Part shown: positions 61,088 through 64,000 of the stretch, piece after piece
How the letters are laid out: each line of letters opens with the position of its first letter
How positions within the stretch are numbered: position 1 is the first letter of the stretch
Assembly: GCA_905178155.1 (NCBI GenBank)
Contig: CAJINV010000003.1
Span: 7,398,601 to 7,462,600, forward strand
DNA from: Amoebophrya sp. A120
Lineage: Eukaryota > Protista > Dinoflagellata
Direction: 5' to 3'
Length of the DNA: 64,000 bases
The notes under the pieces: generated by a model
The model's database searches: none
Told to the model about the DNA's origin: nothing
The model's input: the letters and a program-made list of their open reading frames with translations, nothing else
Position numbers and translations under genes: made by a program

Positions 61088-62289
61088 GAATCCGGGTCGA
61101 TGCGATCGCTTTGGTCTACTTCAACCTGTCCTCACAAACACAAACCCACAGCACTGGTGGACGGCCTCAGCATCAGACGTTTTTCGATTGTACCACGCTG
61201 CGCCGGCAACAAGATCATTCTCTACCGACACGCAGTACTAGACCATATCTGGATTCGGTAATCGTGTACTATAAATACACTTACTTAAATTAATAAACTT
61301 GCTCTGTGTACAACTACACAGAGCAGCTGTCCACGCAGCTCGTATCTTTGGATGCACTCATTTGCTTGCGGTCATCTCATGTCGTCTCGGTCCAAACGTG
61401 TGGGTAACGCCTACAAGATGCACTCATCGCTCGGTGTCGCGTGAGTAAGGCCTGCAAGCGAATTGAGGTGGGGTACCTTTGCCGGCGATCGCAAGACAAG
61501 ATAGTGCGTACGGGTCTGGGCCTCACATGTCGGCACGACCAAGCTGTAGCTTGTTGAAGCGAAGTCACGAACTAAACAGCATCGCCGCGGCATCGAACAG
61601 ATAAGCTGAAGCTCGCAGTACGACATAACATCGCGGACAAAACAGCCAGCAGCTGCTTCGTTCTCTCTTCTGCAGCTTCGCTCCGAAGCTTTATATATGA
61701 GTTAGATCGCCCAAAAAATACAACTATCAGTCTTTTTTACAGAAGGAAAGAAAAATGTTCGACTTCCGCAAGTTTGCGGGTAATCTTGTGGTGCTCCCTT
61801 GCTTTGAGCTGGTAGCAGAAATGCTCAGTGCTATCCTGCCTCTCGTTTTTCGGCGGATGACATTGATAGATACAGGCTGCAAGTAATCGTCACGAACCCA
61901 GAAGTCACTGCAGCGTTGGGTAAACACTATTCAAAAAATTATATAGCCATCACCAAAAAAAGTTGCAGGAGTAGCATGATGTTGCCTCCGCTTTTTCCGT
62001 CTTGAGTTGCAATTTTTTCCATCGGCTATGACCATTCGCTTCTTTTGATGATAACGTCCACTACCTCCTGAGCACAGCACAAAGAGGAGATTTGACTTCG
62101 GAAACTTTTTCGTTTCCCTTTTTCAAAAAAAAATCGATAAAAAAAAATACTCGAAAAAAAACAATAAGTGCGCACCAATGAGTATGCCGGTGAGCAAAAA
62201 AAACTTCAAAACGTGTGATCTACCGAGTTTCATTTTATCAATCAATCTTTGATGTACTAGTGTTGACCTGTCAATCCACTATACTACCT

Positions 62290-64000
62290 TCAGATTTTAC
62301 CCTTGGTCAAATAGTTGTCATTACAAGCCTCAAAAACGCTGGGTCGAGCGTCCTGGTCCCGCTGCAGCAATCGGCGGATGTAGTCTATCAAAAGGAAAGA
62401 TCCCCCCTGCTCCCCACATCAAAACGAAAAGTCGCTGGTGAAGATGGCCCTCTCGCAACAAGACAGAGGCGATTAACTATTTTGCGGTTCCACATTATCA
62501 GCATTGCAAATTTTCTGAGGCGTGCCAATTCGATATGGGGAGCGAGGGGGGATAATTTTCCTTTACGGTATAGTCCTGCGCTTCCTTGGACACTTTGGGC
62601 TGGTCGGGAAACTCCACCTCGAGTTTGGTGTCGCCCCGGAGGGCAGAATGGTAGAACTTGTCCTGGGTCTGGTCGTGGCCGAAGGGTTTCCGTCCGTACA
62701 GCATCTCGTAAAAGATCACTCCCACGGACCAAACATCCACCTTGTTGGAAACTTCCTGCGGCGCCTGTGGCTCCGATTTCTGGTGCTTGTTCTGAGGCCG
62801 CGGAAAGCACTCGATGGGCAGGTACCAGTAGGTGCCCGAGCCGATGCTCGTCAACTCACAAGCCCGCTCGGCGAATTCGCTGTTGATCTGCTCCAACGCA
62901 GGAACGTGGTTCTGTCCCTGTTGCTGCTGCTGCTTCTTGTGTTCCTTCTCGTCTCGCAGCTTTTTCAACCTGTAGATGAACCATGAACGCGGAGATTTTC
63001 TTCAAAGTAGTTTTAGAGCTCGGAACTACTTTACGCGACGGATTAGGTTCGCATTTCAAGGCCGATAAATGCTCACGGACAAGAAAAGACATGATGAGGT
63101 GGATCCTCAATTCTATGGGTTGTACCGATGTCGATGCTAGTGGTAGTACCTACTGCACCGGGGGGCCGTCATGACGAACACGAAGCCAATGTTGTATCAT
63201 TCCATTACCGCATTAATCATCCCAGCTATATAAAAATCAGACACCAGCTCACTTCCGTAGTTCCATCTCTCTTAGCATGCAAAGTGAAATAAATTGAGAC
63301 GACCGTACACGCCAAATAGCGCTTTCTCCTACGTCGTTTCCTGGTTAGCGTATTTACAACAACGACACCTATCAAAGCAAAAAAGTTCAGGCTCTGCTAC
63401 CGTTCCCCATCTGCGTCCTTGATCTCTCGAATTTTTGGGTTGATAGTCAGTTTCGTGTCGTCGATGAGGAGCGCCTGCTCCTTGTCTAATTTCTTATCCT
63501 GCTTCCGAACAGAGGCGGTGTTTGCGGACGACGACGAGGCCGCCGCAGCGTTCGCCCCGGTCGTTCCACTCCCGACCTGGTGGTTGTTGGCCTGAGCCGC
63601 GCCCGGCGTCACCGTTTTGTTATTGTTCCCCCCCTTGGTCGGCTGCCCCGCCGTCCCCGTCTGCTTTTGTTCTTTGACTCCAGCTGCTGCTCCGCCAGTG
63701 GTGGTTGATGGCGCAGCACCCGCTCCCGTCCCCGCCACGAGCTTCTGATTGTTCTGTTGTTCCACCTCCATGGATATCCCTCAGGAAAAATCTTAACCTG
63801 GCAGGTCATAAGATAATGGTGCATGTGCAAAAATAAAGTATACAAAATCTGTCCTCTTGCATGGCCCACGAAAGCATGTACGTACAGGCTCGCCCATGCC
63901 CGATTTTTGTTTTTCTGTGTTGTATTTGTCATACTAGTCATACACTATTTATTTGCATTGCAATCTGCCAGCTTCTCCCTCGTTCTGCGTGATATGGGAC
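62290..64000 (-). CDS. TLK: Tousled-like Ser/Thr protein kinase, 3' portion (continues beyond window)
   Basis: [63 protein letters not shown]|IRRLL; stop at 62290. Confidence 0.85.
62386..62570. mobile_element. TA-ended introner in the kinase
   Basis: TATCAAAAGGAAA...TTTCCTTTACGGTA; direct repeat TAGTC; excision gives EAQDY|IRRLLQ. Confidence 0.88.

Noticed and set aside
1-64000. tRNA, rRNA, spliced-leader gene or autonomous transposase
   Set aside because: No recognisable motifs found by eye; a covariance-model and profile scan would be needed to exclude them.

Overview
Intron-rich eukaryotic DNA, most consistent with a dinoflagellate/syndinian (Amoebophrya-like) genome; this assignment is inferred from gene content and intron type. 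Every gene I can reconstruct lies on the minus strand: a three-domain creatine-kinase-type phosphagen kinase with a C2-like and Dpy-30/RIIa-like N-terminus (~7.0-21.9 kb), a DGAT2/MOGAT acyltransferase (~49.9-54.1 kb), a Dpy-30-like + tandem-GAF protein (~56.2-61.1 kb), the 3' part of a Tousled-like kinase (62.3 kb to end) and four hypothetical genes. The dominant signal is 31 short (185-400 bp) insertions from several sequence families. They share TA...TA termini (one begins CA), usually terminal inverted repeats, and a perfect or decayed 5-bp direct repeat. For 30 of them, removing the element plus 5 nt restores an open, often clearly conserved, reading frame. They occur in both orientations and none I checked gives a GT-AG pair, so they look like transposon-derived non-canonical introns (introners). 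Also present: a composite palindromic satellite (33.3-34.2 kb), a diverged dispersed repeat pair, and segments bracketed by long direct repeats. All exon joins were made by eye, without transcript data.
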